Of a DNA stretch of 64,000 nt, positions 19,861 to 30,746 are shown one piece after another. The notes beneath the pieces are model-generated. The model saw only the letters and a program-made list of their open reading frames with translations, was not told where the DNA came from and did no database searches. The DNA is from an uncultured Flavobacteriaceae bacterium (GTDB lineage: Bacteria > Bacteroidota > Bacteroidia > Flavobacteriales > Flavobacteriaceae): assembly GCA_949372955.1 (NCBI GenBank), contig CASIAX010000008.1:84368-148367 (forward strand), in the 5' to 3' direction. How positions within the stretch are numbered: the stretch's first letter is position 1; each line of letters begins with the position of its first letter. The position numbers and the translations under genes are program-made.

Positions 19861-21061
19861 TTATTAATTCAATTATATTATTAATAATATCTAAAGAGAC
19901 AGCTTTCTTATGTTTTAACGGAAAATTAATAATTTTATTTTCTTTTGATATAATAGAAACTTTATTAGTATCAAAACCAAAACCTGCTCCTTTGTCATTT
20001 AGAGAATTTAAAATTATTAAATCTAAATTTTTATTAATTAATTTACTTTTAGCATTCTCAATTTCATTGTCTGTTTCTAGAGAAAAGCCTATTAATAGTT
20101 GATTGGTTTTTGTCTTACCAAGGTGATATAAAATATCTTTAGTTTTCTCAACTTCAATAGATAAGTTCTGATTAGATTTTTTTAATTTTCTATTTGAAAT
20201 AGATTTAGGTTTAAAATCTGCTACTGCAGCTGACATTATAACCACATCTGCTATACTATATTTATTTACAACCTCTTCAAACATTTGATCGGATGAAGTT
20301 ATTAGTTTTAGCTGAATAGACTTAGATTTCAACTTTTCGTTAGTTGGACCACTAATTAAGATAACATTAGCTCCTAAATTAGAAGCTGTCTCTGCTAACT
20401 CAAAACCCATTTTTCCAGAGGAGTGATTTCCTATAAACCTAACAGGGTCTATTGGCTCAAATGTTGGACCAGCAGTAATTAAAAAAGTCTTTCCGCTTAA
20501 AGGCAAATTAATAGATAAATCTTTTTCAATAAAAGCAACAATATTCTCAGGCTTTGCCATTCTACCTTCACCAACTAAACCACTGGCTAATTCACCAGAC
20601 TCTGGGGGAATTAGTATGTTGCCATAAGAAATAAGTTTTTCAATTGATAATTTAGTTGATTCATGTTTATACATATCTAGGTCCATTGCTGGAGCAAAAT
20701 AAACTTTACATTTAGCAGATAAATATGTAGCTATTAATAGGTTGTCACAATTTCCATTGGACATTTTTGACAGAGTGTTGGCCGTAGCAGGACAAATTAG
20801 AAATAAGTCTGCCCATAAACCTAGTTCAACGTGATTATTCCATAACTCATCATCCTCGTCTGTGGTAAATGTAGACAAAACAGGGTTCTTTGAAAGTGTG
20901 GATAGTGTTAATGGTGTAACAAAGTCTTTAGCAGAGGGTGTCATAACTACTTTAACAGTACAATCTAACTTTATTAATAACCGAACTAAATTAGCAGTTT
21001 TATAAGCAGCAATACCACCAGTTACACCTAGTAATATTTTTTTTCCGCTTAAAACTGACAT
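19853..21061 (-). CDS. coaBC: Bifunctional phosphopantothenoylcysteine decarboxylase / phosphopantothenate-cysteine ligase
   Basis: 402 aa with the flavoprotein N-domain (GVTGGIAAYK, PAMD) and the CoaB C-domain (ITAGPT.EPIDPVRFI.N.SSGKMG). Confidence 0.9.
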   Translation of the reverse strand: MSVLSGKKILLGVTGGIAAYKTANLVRLLIKLDCTVKVVMTPSAKDFVTPLTLSTLSKNPVLSTFTTDEDDELWNNHVELGLWADLFLICPATANTLSKMSNGNCDNLLIATYLSAKCKVYFAPAMDLDMYKHESTKLSIEKLISYGNILIPPESGELASGLVGEGRMAKPENIVAFIEKDLSINLPLSGKTFLITAGPTFEPIDPVRFIGNHSSGKMGFELAETASNLGANVILISGPTNEKLKSKSIQLKLITSSDQMFEEVVNKYSIADVVIMSAAVADFKPKSISNRKLKKSNQNLSIEVEKTKDILYHLGKTKTNQLLIGFSLETDNEIENAKSKLINKNLDLIILNSLNDKGAGFGFDTNKVSIISKENKIINFPLKHKKAVSLDIINNIIELINE

Positions 21062-21065
21062 TAGA

Positions 21066-21398
21066 TTACTTTTCTAGTGATTCTTCAGAGCTATTTCTAT
21101 GATATATCTTTTCATCAAGCCATTCTTGAACAGCTAACGCGTGTGGCTTAGGTAACTTTTCGTAAAATTTAGAAACTTCAATTTGCTCTTTATTTTCAAA
21201 AATCTCTTCTAAACTATCGTTGTATGTAGCAAACTCTTCTAATTTATCGATTAACTCCGTACGTATATCAGAATTGATTTGTTCAGATCTCTTTGATATA
21301 ATTGAAATTGCTTCATAGATATTATCAGTTGATTTGTCTATAATATTCCTATCGTATGTTTCTGTACTAACTGGTGCCTTTACTTTCTTTAAATCCAT
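21066..21398 (-). CDS. rpoZ: RNA polymerase omega-subunit-like protein (Bacteroidota type)
   Basis: 110-aa acidic protein (NIYEAISIISKRSEQIN) in the conserved bamD-rpoZ-coaBC position. Confidence 0.55.
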   Translation of the reverse strand: MDLKKVKAPVSTETYDRNIIDKSTDNIYEAISIISKRSEQINSDIRTELIDKLEEFATYNDSLEEIFENKEQIEVSKFYEKLPKPHALAVQEWLDEKIYHRNSSEESLEK

Positions 21399-21411
21399 TT
21401 TTATTTAATTT

Positions 21412-22209
21412 CTAAGTTGTTTTTAATTTATTCAGTTCCTCAAATTTTAATTTTAAATCTTCGATAAACTCAGATTCATTGTAATACTTTAAGAAAGAAT
21501 TATAATATGTAATCGCATCGTCTACTCTGTCTTGCATCTTGTAATTAACACTATTGATAGCTAACTGATATGCTGAATCAAATTTATAATACAATACTTT
21601 CTCTCTAAGAGAGGATCCTGGAAATTCAACCACAAAGTTATTGAATGATTTTATAGCAGCTTCATGATCATTAAGGGTGTTGTATTGTAATGCAGTACTG
21701 TAAACCTTATACTCAAGTTTATAATCCAGTTCAAATATAAGTGAGTTAGCATCTGCTATATATTCAGAATCTGGGAAAGTATTAATAAATAACTGTAATT
21801 TATCAATTGCAGTTTTAGTGTTATTTTGATCCTTTGAAAAAACAGGTGACATAAAATAATAACTCTTAGCAGCTAGAAAAGCTATCTCTTCATTTTTCTC
21901 GCTATTAGGGTAAGTATTTACGAATTTCTCCATTCGATAGTTTGAAGTATAGAAATCTTTTGTTTCATAAAAACACATAGCGTGCATATACATTAATTTT
22001 TGGGCTTGAGGCTTTCCTCTGTATTTAGGAACGATTTGTTCAAAAAGTCTATTCGCTTTTGAGAAATTTCCATCATCAAATAATGATGTTCCTAAGGCAA
22101 ACTTGGAAGCGATATCATCGCCATTAATAGCTTTTTGATATTCGCCACAAGACATAAATATTATTGATATAAGTAATGTAAGTAGAGTTTGTTTCATAAT
22201 TATTATCAA
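21412..22209 (-). CDS. bamD: Outer-membrane protein assembly factor BamD (TPR lipoprotein)
   Basis: Signal peptide plus lipobox (FMSCG) and a TPR-like helical repeat body of ~265 aa. Confidence 0.7.
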   Translation of the reverse strand: MIIIMKQTLLTLLISIIFMSCGEYQKAINGDDIASKFALGTSLFDDGNFSKANRLFEQIVPKYRGKPQAQKLMYMHAMCFYETKDFYTSNYRMEKFVNTYPNSEKNEEIAFLAAKSYYFMSPVFSKDQNNTKTAIDKLQLFINTFPDSEYIADANSLIFELDYKLEYKVYSTALQYNTLNDHEAAIKSFNNFVVEFPGSSLREKVLYYKFDSAYQLAINSVNYKMQDRVDDAITYYNSFLKYYNESEFIEDLKLKFEELNKLKTT

Positions 22210-22269
22210 TTTGCAAAAATAAACAAATTTAATGTATATAAAAAATATAGATCTATAGTCTTTAAAATA

Positions 22270-23160
22270 TTATTTGGAGATTAATTTGTTGAGTTCATCA
22301 TTAATTTGACTTCTTAGTTCTTTAGAAGCAGACAACAATGGAAGTCTTAATACATCATTACACAAATTCAATTTGCTTAGTACAAACTTTATGCCAGCTG
22401 GGTTATTTTCCTTAAAAATTAAAGAAATTATATCACATAACTCATTGTTTGCAGATTCTGCACTTAAAATTTTATTATTTAAGCCATCATCTATCATTTT
22501 AGAAAACATCTGTGGAAAAGCCTGGCCAATTACAGAGATAACTCCATCTCCACCGGCAACAACTGAAGAAAGGGCAAGATCATCATCACCAGAAATAATT
22601 AGAAAATTATCTGGCCTATTATTAATCAATTCTAAGTACTGATTAATATCATTACCAGCTTCTTTAATACCAATAATTGACTTAAATTCATTAGCAAGTC
22701 TTAAAACAGTATTAGGTAAAATATTTTTGGAAGTTCTTCCAGGAACATTGTACATTATAATAGGTTTCGATATGTTTTCAGTTAAATATTTGTAATGCTG
22801 ATAAATACCTTCTTGTGTTGGCTTATTGTAATAAGGTGATACCGATAAAATAGCAGAAACGGAAGTTAGATCTAGTGAATTAATTTCTTTGACTAATCGA
22901 ACAGTATCATTACCTCCCATCCCTAAAACTAATGGTACTCTATTATTATTTACACTAACAACTGTATTAATTATCTTCTCTCTTTCAGAAGTATTAACAG
23001 TTGGGCTTTCACCAGTAGTTCCATTTATAACTAAATAATCAATACCGTTAGCAATATTAAATTCAACTAGTTTTTCAAGAGAATCATAATCAATTGAAAA
23101 GTCCTTATTAAATGGCGTAATTAAAGCAACTCCTGTACCAATAAATTTTTTAATACTCAT
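22270..23160 (-). CDS. dapA: 4-hydroxy-tetrahydrodipicolinate synthase
   Basis: 296 aa with GTGVALITPF, VNGTTGESPT, YNVPGRT, and the active-site lysine context GIKEA. Confidence 0.9.
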   Translation of the reverse strand: MSIKKFIGTGVALITPFNKDFSIDYDSLEKLVEFNIANGIDYLVINGTTGESPTVNTSEREKIINTVVSVNNNRVPLVLGMGGNDTVRLVKEINSLDLTSVSAILSVSPYYNKPTQEGIYQHYKYLTENISKPIIMYNVPGRTSKNILPNTVLRLANEFKSIIGIKEAGNDINQYLELINNRPDNFLIISGDDDLALSSVVAGGDGVISVIGQAFPQMFSKMIDDGLNNKILSAESANNELCDIISLIFKENNPAGIKFVLSKLNLCNDVLRLPLLSASKELRSQINDELNKLISK

Positions 23161-23726
23161 ATTTTTTGTAAACCTTTTAAGTATTTCTCAATTTCTGTTT
23201 TAAAAATATCAACAAAACTGCATTTGATATTAATTATAAAATCATGTAGTCTTTGGTCTTTACTTGATACTCCAATTTTAAAATTTGCCTTTGATTTTGC
23301 AGTTATTAAGTTTAACTCATAAAGGTCTTCATTATAATAACTTATGAGAGCATCAAATTCAGTTTCAATGAACTCATTTACATCATAATTAGAAATATTT
23401 CCATTCCATCCAAAATCTAATGGAGTAAAGTAAGAATCCCAACTAGTAAGAGTTTCATCTTTTTCAGTAACATATGCGACAAATTTTATTTTGTTCTCAT
23501 TTACACCTAGGTAAGTAAAAACATTTCTTAACGAATCATAATCGCTAAACTCCTCTAAGTTTATTATAACACCAACAGATTTAATTTTATTGTTGTTAAC
23601 TGAAGCTTTGCGATTATTTAGAATATTATTTAAATATTTAACGTTTGATTTTTTCTTGAATAATTTAAAAAACATATATTTAAAAGTATTATACAAATGT
23701 AATAAAGATGAATTTGATTTAAACAA
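23157..23726 (-). CDS. Conserved hypothetical protein
   Basis: 189-aa ORF translationally coupled (ATGA overlap) to dapA. No recognisable motif. The start may instead be the internal Met at 23675. Confidence 0.45.
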   Translation of the reverse strand: MFKSNSSLLHLYNTFKYMFFKLFKKKSNVKYLNNILNNRKASVNNNKIKSVGVIINLEEFSDYDSLRNVFTYLGVNENKIKFVAYVTEKDETLTSWDSYFTPLDFGWNGNISNYDVNEFIETEFDALISYYNEDLYELNLITAKSKANFKIGVSSKDQRLHDFIINIKCSFVDIFKTEIEKYLKGLQKI

Positions 23727-23736
23727 TAAAACTCTA

Positions 23737-24495
23737 ATGAAATCAATAATTAAACTTTTTATATCCTCTATTTTACTAGCTACTTTTAGTTGTAATGGAG
23801 ATTTTCAATTATATGAAGTTCAAGCTAGCCGAATAGAGATAAATAACACTGTAAGTGAAGATTCAACATTTTTAAAGTTCATAAAACCATATAAAAAAAA
23901 TATTGAAAAAGATCTTTATACGACTTATGCATATTCACCAAAGACTTATGATAAAAAAAATGGTGATTTAAACACTGCAGTAGGAAATATGATGGCTGAT
24001 GCAGTTTATAAATTAGCAAACCCAGTTTTTAAATCTAAAAAAAGTAAAAATATCGATTTTGTACTACTTAACTATGGGGGTATAAGGTCAGCCATTTCAA
24101 CTGGGAACATAAACAAGAATACAGCCTATAATTTAATGCCTTTTGAAAATGAGGTAGTAGTTGCAAAACTTTCTGGAAAAGACATATACGATCTCATAAA
24201 TTATTTAGCAATCGCTAGACGAGCTCATCCAATTTCAAGACTAAAAATTGAATTAGATAAAAACTATAAACTAGTCAATGCAGAAATTAATAATAATAAA
24301 ATTGATATTGACAAGTATTATTATGTAGCTACAAGTGATTTCTTAATTAATGGAGGAGACAAAATGACTTTTTTCGAAAAAAGTATAGAAAACACTTTTT
24401 TAAATTATAAAATAAGAGATATATTAATTGATTACTTTATTAAAATCGACACTTTAAAGTCTAAAATTGATAACAGATTTATTAGAACTAAATAA
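23737..24495 (+). CDS. 5'-nucleotidase C-terminal (substrate-binding) domain lipoprotein
   Basis: The track ORF starts at 23590. The plausible start is ATG 23737 (MKSIIKLFISSILLATFSCNG, lipobox). LNYGGIRS..NLMPFENEVV..ATSDFLINGGD resembles the UshA C-domain. Confidence 0.75.
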   Translation: MKSIIKLFISSILLATFSCNGDFQLYEVQASRIEINNTVSEDSTFLKFIKPYKKNIEKDLYTTYAYSPKTYDKKNGDLNTAVGNMMADAVYKLANPVFKSKKSKNIDFVLLNYGGIRSAISTGNINKNTAYNLMPFENEVVVAKLSGKDIYDLINYLAIARRAHPISRLKIELDKNYKLVNAEINNNKIDIDKYYYVATSDFLINGGDKMTFFEKSIENTFLNYKIRDILIDYFIKIDTLKSKIDNRFIRTK

Positions 24496-25409
24496 TGAAA
24501 AGAAGAAACTTTATTAAAAACACATTATATTCTAGTGCAGCTCTGGCATCTACCTCTCTATTGTCTAATAGCTGCAGTAATAATAACCTAAAAAAAATAA
24601 CTATTCTTCATACAAATGATGTTCATAGTCATATTGATCCGTTTGACAAAGACAATGATAAGTTTGCATTTAAGGGGGGTGTTTCCAGAAGAGCTAGCAT
24701 AATTGAAAAAATCAGAAAAAAAAACTCAAACACTCTATTATTGGATGCCGGTGATATTTTTCAAGGCACCCCTTATTTTAACTACTATGGTGGGGAGTTA
24801 GAATTTAAATTAATGAGTATGTTAAAATACGATTTAGCAACTTTAGGTAATCACGATTTTGATAATGGAATTGATGGCCTTTTCAAGCAATTACCCCACG
24901 CAAATTTTAATTTTGTTTCTGCAAACTATGATTTTAAAAACACAGTTTTAGATACCCTTGTAAAACCTTACCAAATTTTTTACAAGGACGGAATTAAAAT
25001 CGGAATTTTCGGACTAGGAGTAGAACTGGATGGAATGGTAACAAAAAATCTATATAAAGAAACTAATTATTTGGACCCTATAGAAATCACTCAAGGGGTT
25101 GTTAGTACATTAAAACAAACAGAAAAATGTGATTTAATTATTTGCTTATCTCATCTTGGTTATAAATACGATGATTATCAAAATAAAGTATCTGATACAA
25201 GTCTAGCTAAGGCAACTAAGGATATAGATCTTATTATAGGCGGACATACACATACGTTTTTAAATAAACCAGTGGTAATTGATAATATTGTAGGTGAAAA
25301 AGTAATTGTAAACCAAGTAGGCTGCCATGGATTATTTTTAGGCAAAATTGATTTTTACTTTGACTCCTTTAAAAACAAAATGTATGATGGGGTTTCGATT
25401 GAAGTTTAA
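24495..25409 (+). CDS. Metallophosphoesterase (5'-nucleotidase N-terminal catalytic domain) with Tat-like signal
   Basis: MKRRNFIK twin-arginine-like signal. Metallophosphatase motifs HTNDVHS, GDIFQG, GNHDFD and GGHTH. Its start overlaps the previous stop (TAATG). Confidence 0.8.
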   Translation: MKRRNFIKNTLYSSAALASTSLLSNSCSNNNLKKITILHTNDVHSHIDPFDKDNDKFAFKGGVSRRASIIEKIRKKNSNTLLLDAGDIFQGTPYFNYYGGELEFKLMSMLKYDLATLGNHDFDNGIDGLFKQLPHANFNFVSANYDFKNTVLDTLVKPYQIFYKDGIKIGIFGLGVELDGMVTKNLYKETNYLDPIEITQGVVSTLKQTEKCDLIICLSHLGYKYDDYQNKVSDTSLAKATKDIDLIIGGHTHTFLNKPVVIDNIVGEKVIVNQVGCHGLFLGKIDFYFDSFKNKMYDGVSIEV

Positions 25410-27397
25410 TTAATCATCTGAATAAAATCATCTTCAGAAATTATAGGCACATTTAAAGATTCCGCTTTAAGTCTTTTACTTGGCCCCATATTATCTCCAG
25501 CTACAACATAGCTTGTTTTGGCAGATATTGATGATTTTACCTTACCTCCATTTTTTTCAATTTCGAGTTTCAATTCATCTCTTGAGAATTGTAAAAAAAC
25601 TCCACTAACTACAAACATAGATCCTAAAAGCTTATCGGATTTAATAATTTTACTACTGGATATTTGAAAATTTAATCCATAAAACTTAAGATTATTAATT
25701 ATCATGATGTTTTCTTGAGTAGCAAAAAAGTTAATAACACTTTCTGCAATTTTACCACCTATTTCATCTACAGTCTCTAAATCTTCATAAGACGCACACA
25801 TAAGAGCATCTATATTATTATAATGGTAAGCTAATTTTTTTGCAACTGTTACCCCTACATGTCTAATTCCTAAGCCATACAAAACTCGATCAAAACTAAT
25901 TTCTTTTGACAACAGAACACCACTTATAAGATTTTCAGAACTTTTCTGAGCCATTCTTTCTAGCCCTATAACATCTTCAATTTTTAATCTATATAAATCT
26001 GAATAATTCTTTATCAAATTATTCTCTACTAATAAGTTGACAGTTTCCGCTCCTAGTCCATCTATATCCATTGCTTTTCTAGAAATAAAATGCTGTATCC
26101 TGCCTGAAACTTGAGGTTGACAGAAATTGAAATTTAAACAGTAATGATTCGCTTCGTCTTCATTTCTTTTTAATTCTGAATTACACTCAGGACAATGATT
26201 TATATATATTGTTTTTTCTGAACTAACTGATCGTTTAGATAAATCAACTTTTACGATTTTAGGAATAATATCTCCTCCCTTTTCAACGAACACAGTGTCA
26301 TTTATTCTAATGTCCATTTTATTAATAAAATCCGAATTATGTAATGATGCTCTTTTAACAATTGTTCCTGCTAAATCAATTGGTTCAAAATTAGCAACAG
26401 GAGTTATTGAACCAGTTCTCCCAACTTGATAAGAAATATTTTTTAGTATTGTTGAAGATTGCTCAGGTTTAAATTTATAAGAGATTGCCCATCTTGGAAA
26501 TTTGGAAGTAAAACCTAATTCATTTTGCTGATTAGTATCATTCACTTTAATTACAACTCCATCAATTTCAAATGGTAGGTTATTTCTATTGAACTCCCAG
26601 TATTTAATAAATTCAAAAACTTCTTCAATTGATTTGGCTAGTTTAATTTCATTTGAAACATTAAAACCCCATTTTTTAGCAATCTCAAGAGATTCAAATT
26701 GAGATTTAATTGTACCACTAGATTCTACAACAGAATATAAAAGACATTCCAAAGGTCTTTTAGAAACTTCTTTACTGTCTTGTAGTTTTAAGCTACCAGA
26801 AGCAGTATTTCTAGGGTTTTTAAATGGCTCTTCGCCGTTTGATAATCTTTTAGAATTGAGTTTCTTAAAACCTTCTATAGGCATTACTATTTCACCTCTT
26901 ATATCAAAATTTTTAATAAAATTTCCTTGAAGAACTAACGGGACAGTTGGAATTGTCTTGATATTCGCAGTTACATCATCGCCTTGTATACCATCTCCTC
27001 TTGTAATTGCTTTTACAAATTTACCATCAACATAAGAAAGGCTAATAGATGCACCATCATATTTTAACTCACAGGTATATTCAATATTATTTTCAATTAT
27101 TTTTTTTATTCTCTTTTCCCAATCATATAAATCTTCAATTGAATAAGAATTATCTAAAGAATACATTGGAAAATTATGTACAATTGTTGAAAAATTTTTT
27201 GTGATATCACCTCCAACTCTCACGGTTGGAGAATTTGAATCGTAGAACTCAGGATGTAAGTCTTCTAATTTTTTGAGCTCTTTTAATCTTAAATCAAAAT
27301 CATAATCCGATACACTAGAATCATCAAGAACGTAATAATTATAATTAAGTTTATGTAATTCAGATCTTAGAGAATTTATTTGTTCTTTTACATTCAT
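25406..27397 (-). CDS. ligA: NAD-dependent DNA ligase
   Basis: 663 aa with adenylation motif CELKYDGASI, a Zn finger (CPECNSEL..C), HhH repeats, and a C-terminal BRCT. Confidence 0.95.
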   Translation of the reverse strand: MNVKEQINSLRSELHKLNYNYYVLDDSSVSDYDFDLRLKELKKLEDLHPEFYDSNSPTVRVGGDITKNFSTIVHNFPMYSLDNSYSIEDLYDWEKRIKKIIENNIEYTCELKYDGASISLSYVDGKFVKAITRGDGIQGDDVTANIKTIPTVPLVLQGNFIKNFDIRGEIVMPIEGFKKLNSKRLSNGEEPFKNPRNTASGSLKLQDSKEVSKRPLECLLYSVVESSGTIKSQFESLEIAKKWGFNVSNEIKLAKSIEEVFEFIKYWEFNRNNLPFEIDGVVIKVNDTNQQNELGFTSKFPRWAISYKFKPEQSSTILKNISYQVGRTGSITPVANFEPIDLAGTIVKRASLHNSDFINKMDIRINDTVFVEKGGDIIPKIVKVDLSKRSVSSEKTIYINHCPECNSELKRNEDEANHYCLNFNFCQPQVSGRIQHFISRKAMDIDGLGAETVNLLVENNLIKNYSDLYRLKIEDVIGLERMAQKSSENLISGVLLSKEISFDRVLYGLGIRHVGVTVAKKLAYHYNNIDALMCASYEDLETVDEIGGKIAESVINFFATQENIMIINNLKFYGLNFQISSSKIIKSDKLLGSMFVVSGVFLQFSRDELKLEIEKNGGKVKSSISAKTSYVVAGDNMGPSKRLKAESLNVPIISEDDFIQMIN

Positions 27398-27454
27398 AAA
27401 TTACGGTTGGAGAATAACCTATTTTTATTATCTTTAAACATCTAATATACTAAA

Positions 27455-29077
27455 ATGACACACAAGAGAATAATAGTTTTTAGTCTTTTTTTAATTATTA
27501 ATTCATGTAATTTTTTTGCATTTTCAAATGAAATAATTCCAAATCCAGACTCACAAGTTTTAAAAGGCGGTGACTTTATATTATCTAATAATACAAGTAT
27601 AAATTACCCGGATGATTTTAAAATATCTGCGGAATTTTTGAAGGATTTTATTCAAATTGGAGAAAATCATAATAATTCATTTACTAAACTATTTAAATTC
27701 TTTAATTCAGGTAATGAAATTAATTTCATAAAAAACAACATTGAAAATGATGAAGGTTACAAAATAGAAATACTATCTGATGAAATTAATATATACAGTA
27801 GTTCTAATAAAGGAGCTTTTTACGCTGTACAAACTCTAAGACAACTATTACCTGTTGAATTTGAAAATAACAAAACAAGCTTAGATGAAATAAAAATCCC
27901 ATGTCAAGTAATTAAAGATTCACCTAAATTTAAATACAGAGGAATGCATCTAGATGTTAGTAGACATATGTACTCAGTGGATTTTATTAAAAAATATATT
28001 GATGCTTTAGCTATGCTAAAATTTAATACATTTCATTGGCATTTAACAGAAGATCAAGGTTGGAGAATTGAAATTAAAAAATATCCAAAACTTAATTCAA
28101 TTGGATCATATAGAGATTCTACTTTAGCTGGACATTATACTGATAAACCTATTAAGTATGACAAAACTAGATACGGAGGCTATTACACACAAAAAGAAAT
28201 TAAAGAAATTGTTGCCTTTGCTAACTCGAGAGAAGTACTAATTATCCCTGAGATTGAAATGCCTGGGCATGCACAAGCAGCAATAGCATCCTATCCATAT
28301 TTAAGCTGTAATCAAGAACAAATAGGAGTAGCAACTAGCTGGGGTGTTTTTGAAGATATTTTTTGCACAAGAGAAACTACCTTTAGTTTTTTGGAAGATA
28401 TAATTGACGAAGTAATTACTTTATTCCCTGGTGAGTATATTCATATTGGCGGAGATGAAGCTCCTAAGAAAAGATGGGAAGAGTGTAGTCATTGTCAGAG
28501 TTTAATTAAAAAAGAAGGATTAAAAGACGAGCATGAACTTCAAAGTTATTTTATAACTAGAATGGAGAAATATATTAATTCAAAAGGTAAAAAAATAATT
28601 GGCTGGGATGAAATTTTAGATGGTGGACTTGCTCCTAATGCTACAGTTATGTCTTGGAGAGGGGAAAGTGGAGGAATCAAAGCTGCGCAAATGGGGCATG
28701 AAGTTATTATGAGCCCTAATGCAAATTTATATTTCGATCACTATCAATCAAAAAAAGATGGGGAACCAGTAGCGATTGGAGGCTTCACTCCTATCGAAGA
28801 AGTGTATAATTACAATCCAATACCTAAAGAACTAAATGAAAAATATAATAAATATATTATTGGTGCACAAGCTAATGTTTGGACAGAGTATATGAAAACT
28901 AGTGAACATGTAGAATACATGGTGTTCCCAAGGATTTTAGCACTTTCTGAAGTACTTTGGAGCAGCAATAGGACTAATTTCACAGAATTTAAATTAAGGG
29001 CTAAAAACTACTTTAAAAGATTAGATAAACTAGATATTAATTATTCTAAACATCTAGAAAAAGAAGAAATAAAATGA
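27455..29077 (+). CDS. Beta-N-acetylhexosaminidase (GH20)
   Basis: Signal peptide, then RGMHLDVSRH, HWHLTEDQGWR, and the catalytic GGDE pair region. Confidence 0.85.
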   Translation: MTHKRIIVFSLFLIINSCNFFAFSNEIIPNPDSQVLKGGDFILSNNTSINYPDDFKISAEFLKDFIQIGENHNNSFTKLFKFFNSGNEINFIKNNIENDEGYKIEILSDEINIYSSSNKGAFYAVQTLRQLLPVEFENNKTSLDEIKIPCQVIKDSPKFKYRGMHLDVSRHMYSVDFIKKYIDALAMLKFNTFHWHLTEDQGWRIEIKKYPKLNSIGSYRDSTLAGHYTDKPIKYDKTRYGGYYTQKEIKEIVAFANSREVLIIPEIEMPGHAQAAIASYPYLSCNQEQIGVATSWGVFEDIFCTRETTFSFLEDIIDEVITLFPGEYIHIGGDEAPKKRWEECSHCQSLIKKEGLKDEHELQSYFITRMEKYINSKGKKIIGWDEILDGGLAPNATVMSWRGESGGIKAAQMGHEVIMSPNANLYFDHYQSKKDGEPVAIGGFTPIEEVYNYNPIPKELNEKYNKYIIGAQANVWTEYMKTSEHVEYMVFPRILALSEVLWSSNRTNFTEFKLRAKNYFKRLDKLDINYSKHLEKEEIK

Positions 29078-29754
29078 TATTAGAGGTTTGTGCTAACTCA
29101 TATGAGTCTGCAATAAATGCTGAGAATGGTGGCGCACACAGAATTGAACTTTGTGAAAATTTATCTGTTGGCGGTTTAACCCCTAATTTTGAATTAGCTA
29201 AAAAAGTAATAAATGAGTTAAATATTCCTGTATTTATCTTAATTAGACCAAGAGATGGAGATTTTAATTATTCAAATGAAGAATTTGAAAAAATAAAAAA
29301 AGATATAATTCTATTTAAAGATCTTGGTTGTAAAGGAATTGTCTCCGGAATACTAACTAAAGATAAAAATATAGACATAAAAAAAACAAAAGAATTGATA
29401 GAACTTTCAAGACCACTTGAATTTACCTTCCATAGAGCATTTGATGAGGTAAATAATCCCAAAGAAGCATTAAATCAATTAGTAGAATTAAAGGCTGACA
29501 GAATACTTACATCTGGTCAAGAGAAGACTGCAATTGAAGGAATAGAAATGATTAAAAAATTAGCTGTTCTTAGTAAAAATAAAATAAAAATTATGCCAGG
29601 TAGCGGCATTAATTCAGCAAACATTATTGAATTCACCAAGCTTGATATAAATGAGATTCATGGTTCATTTTCTAAACAAGAAGAAAATAATAAATCAATT
29701 TCTAACATTAATATGATTATGAATTGTGTTAAATTGATTAATGACTGTAAATAA
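29074..29754 (+). CDS. cutC: Copper homeostasis protein CutC
   Basis: 226 aa, LEVCANS..AENGGAHRIELC..GGLTP..FHRAFD. ATGA overlap with the GH20 gene. Confidence 0.85.
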   Translation: MILEVCANSYESAINAENGGAHRIELCENLSVGGLTPNFELAKKVINELNIPVFILIRPRDGDFNYSNEEFEKIKKDIILFKDLGCKGIVSGILTKDKNIDIKKTKELIELSRPLEFTFHRAFDEVNNPKEALNQLVELKADRILTSGQEKTAIEGIEMIKKLAVLSKNKIKIMPGSGINSANIIEFTKLDINEIHGSFSKQEENNKSISNINMIMNCVKLINDCK

Positions 29755-29771
29755 TTGTAATAATATTAGTA

Positions 29772-30743
29772 TTATTTATTATTAAATATTGCTTTGATAA
29801 TATTTATCATCTGTTCGTTTTCAATTAGAAATGCGTCATGCCCATATTTAGATTTAATTTCGAATATGTTAACATTTTTTTTAATTTTTTTAATTCTTTC
29901 ATGCATTTTCCAATTTTCATTTGAACAAAAAAGAAGATCTGAATCAATTGTAATTATATTAATGTTACCAGTAATTTTTTTTATTAATTCGTTTAATATA
30001 TCCTCTCCTCTAGTTATATCTATAGTTTTAAGGAGTTGATTCATTGATTTATAAGCTTGAACTTTAAATCTATTTTCAAGGCTTTTCCCATGATGATTTA
30101 ACCATGCCTCGATACTATATATGTTATCTTTTTTTTCTCTACTATATCTTGAATTAAAGGACTCAGGTGTTCTATAAAGTGTCATTGCATGTATTCTGGC
30201 ATCATAAAGTGGTTTTGACGAATTATTTAGAATACTATCTTGAATAAAACAATTAGCGATAAGCCAATCACTTGATTTCCAGTCTGAAGCAACTGGAATG
30301 ATATGTTTTATCAAATCAGGATTTAATATTGCTAATTCCCATACAATTCCACCACCAAGAGAACCTCCAATGGCGGCATATAGTTTATTTATGTTTAATT
30401 TTTTTAAACCGATACTAAAAATTTTAGCTATATCAATAGCAATAAAATCTTTATAATTATATATTAAATTTTCTTCAATATTATCATATCCATTTCCTGG
30501 AATATTAAATGAAACTACTGTGAATTTATTGGTATTAATAATTTTGTTTGATCCAATTAATTTATTCCACCATCCGTTTCTGCCAGCAACATTAGAATTC
30601 CCAGTTAAAGCATGATTCACTAAGATTACAGGCGAAACTCCAATTGGTTTGCCAAAAATTTGATAGGATAATGATATTTTTTGCAAACCACCATCAAATC
30701 TTTTATAGTTAAATGGTGAAATATATTTTATTTTATTAGACAT
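29772..30743 (-). CDS. metX: Homoserine O-acetyltransferase-like alpha/beta hydrolase
   Basis: 323 aa with VNHALTGNSNVAG..GWW, the nucleophile elbow GGSLGG, and a C-terminal GHDAFL. Immediately downstream of metY. Confidence 0.7.
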   Translation of the reverse strand: MSNKIKYISPFNYKRFDGGLQKISLSYQIFGKPIGVSPVILVNHALTGNSNVAGRNGWWNKLIGSNKIINTNKFTVVSFNIPGNGYDNIEENLIYNYKDFIAIDIAKIFSIGLKKLNINKLYAAIGGSLGGGIVWELAILNPDLIKHIIPVASDWKSSDWLIANCFIQDSILNNSSKPLYDARIHAMTLYRTPESFNSRYSREKKDNIYSIEAWLNHHGKSLENRFKVQAYKSMNQLLKTIDITRGEDILNELIKKITGNINIITIDSDLLFCSNENWKMHERIKKIKKNVNIFEIKSKYGHDAFLIENEQMINIIKAIFNNK

Positions 30744-30746
30744 ATA

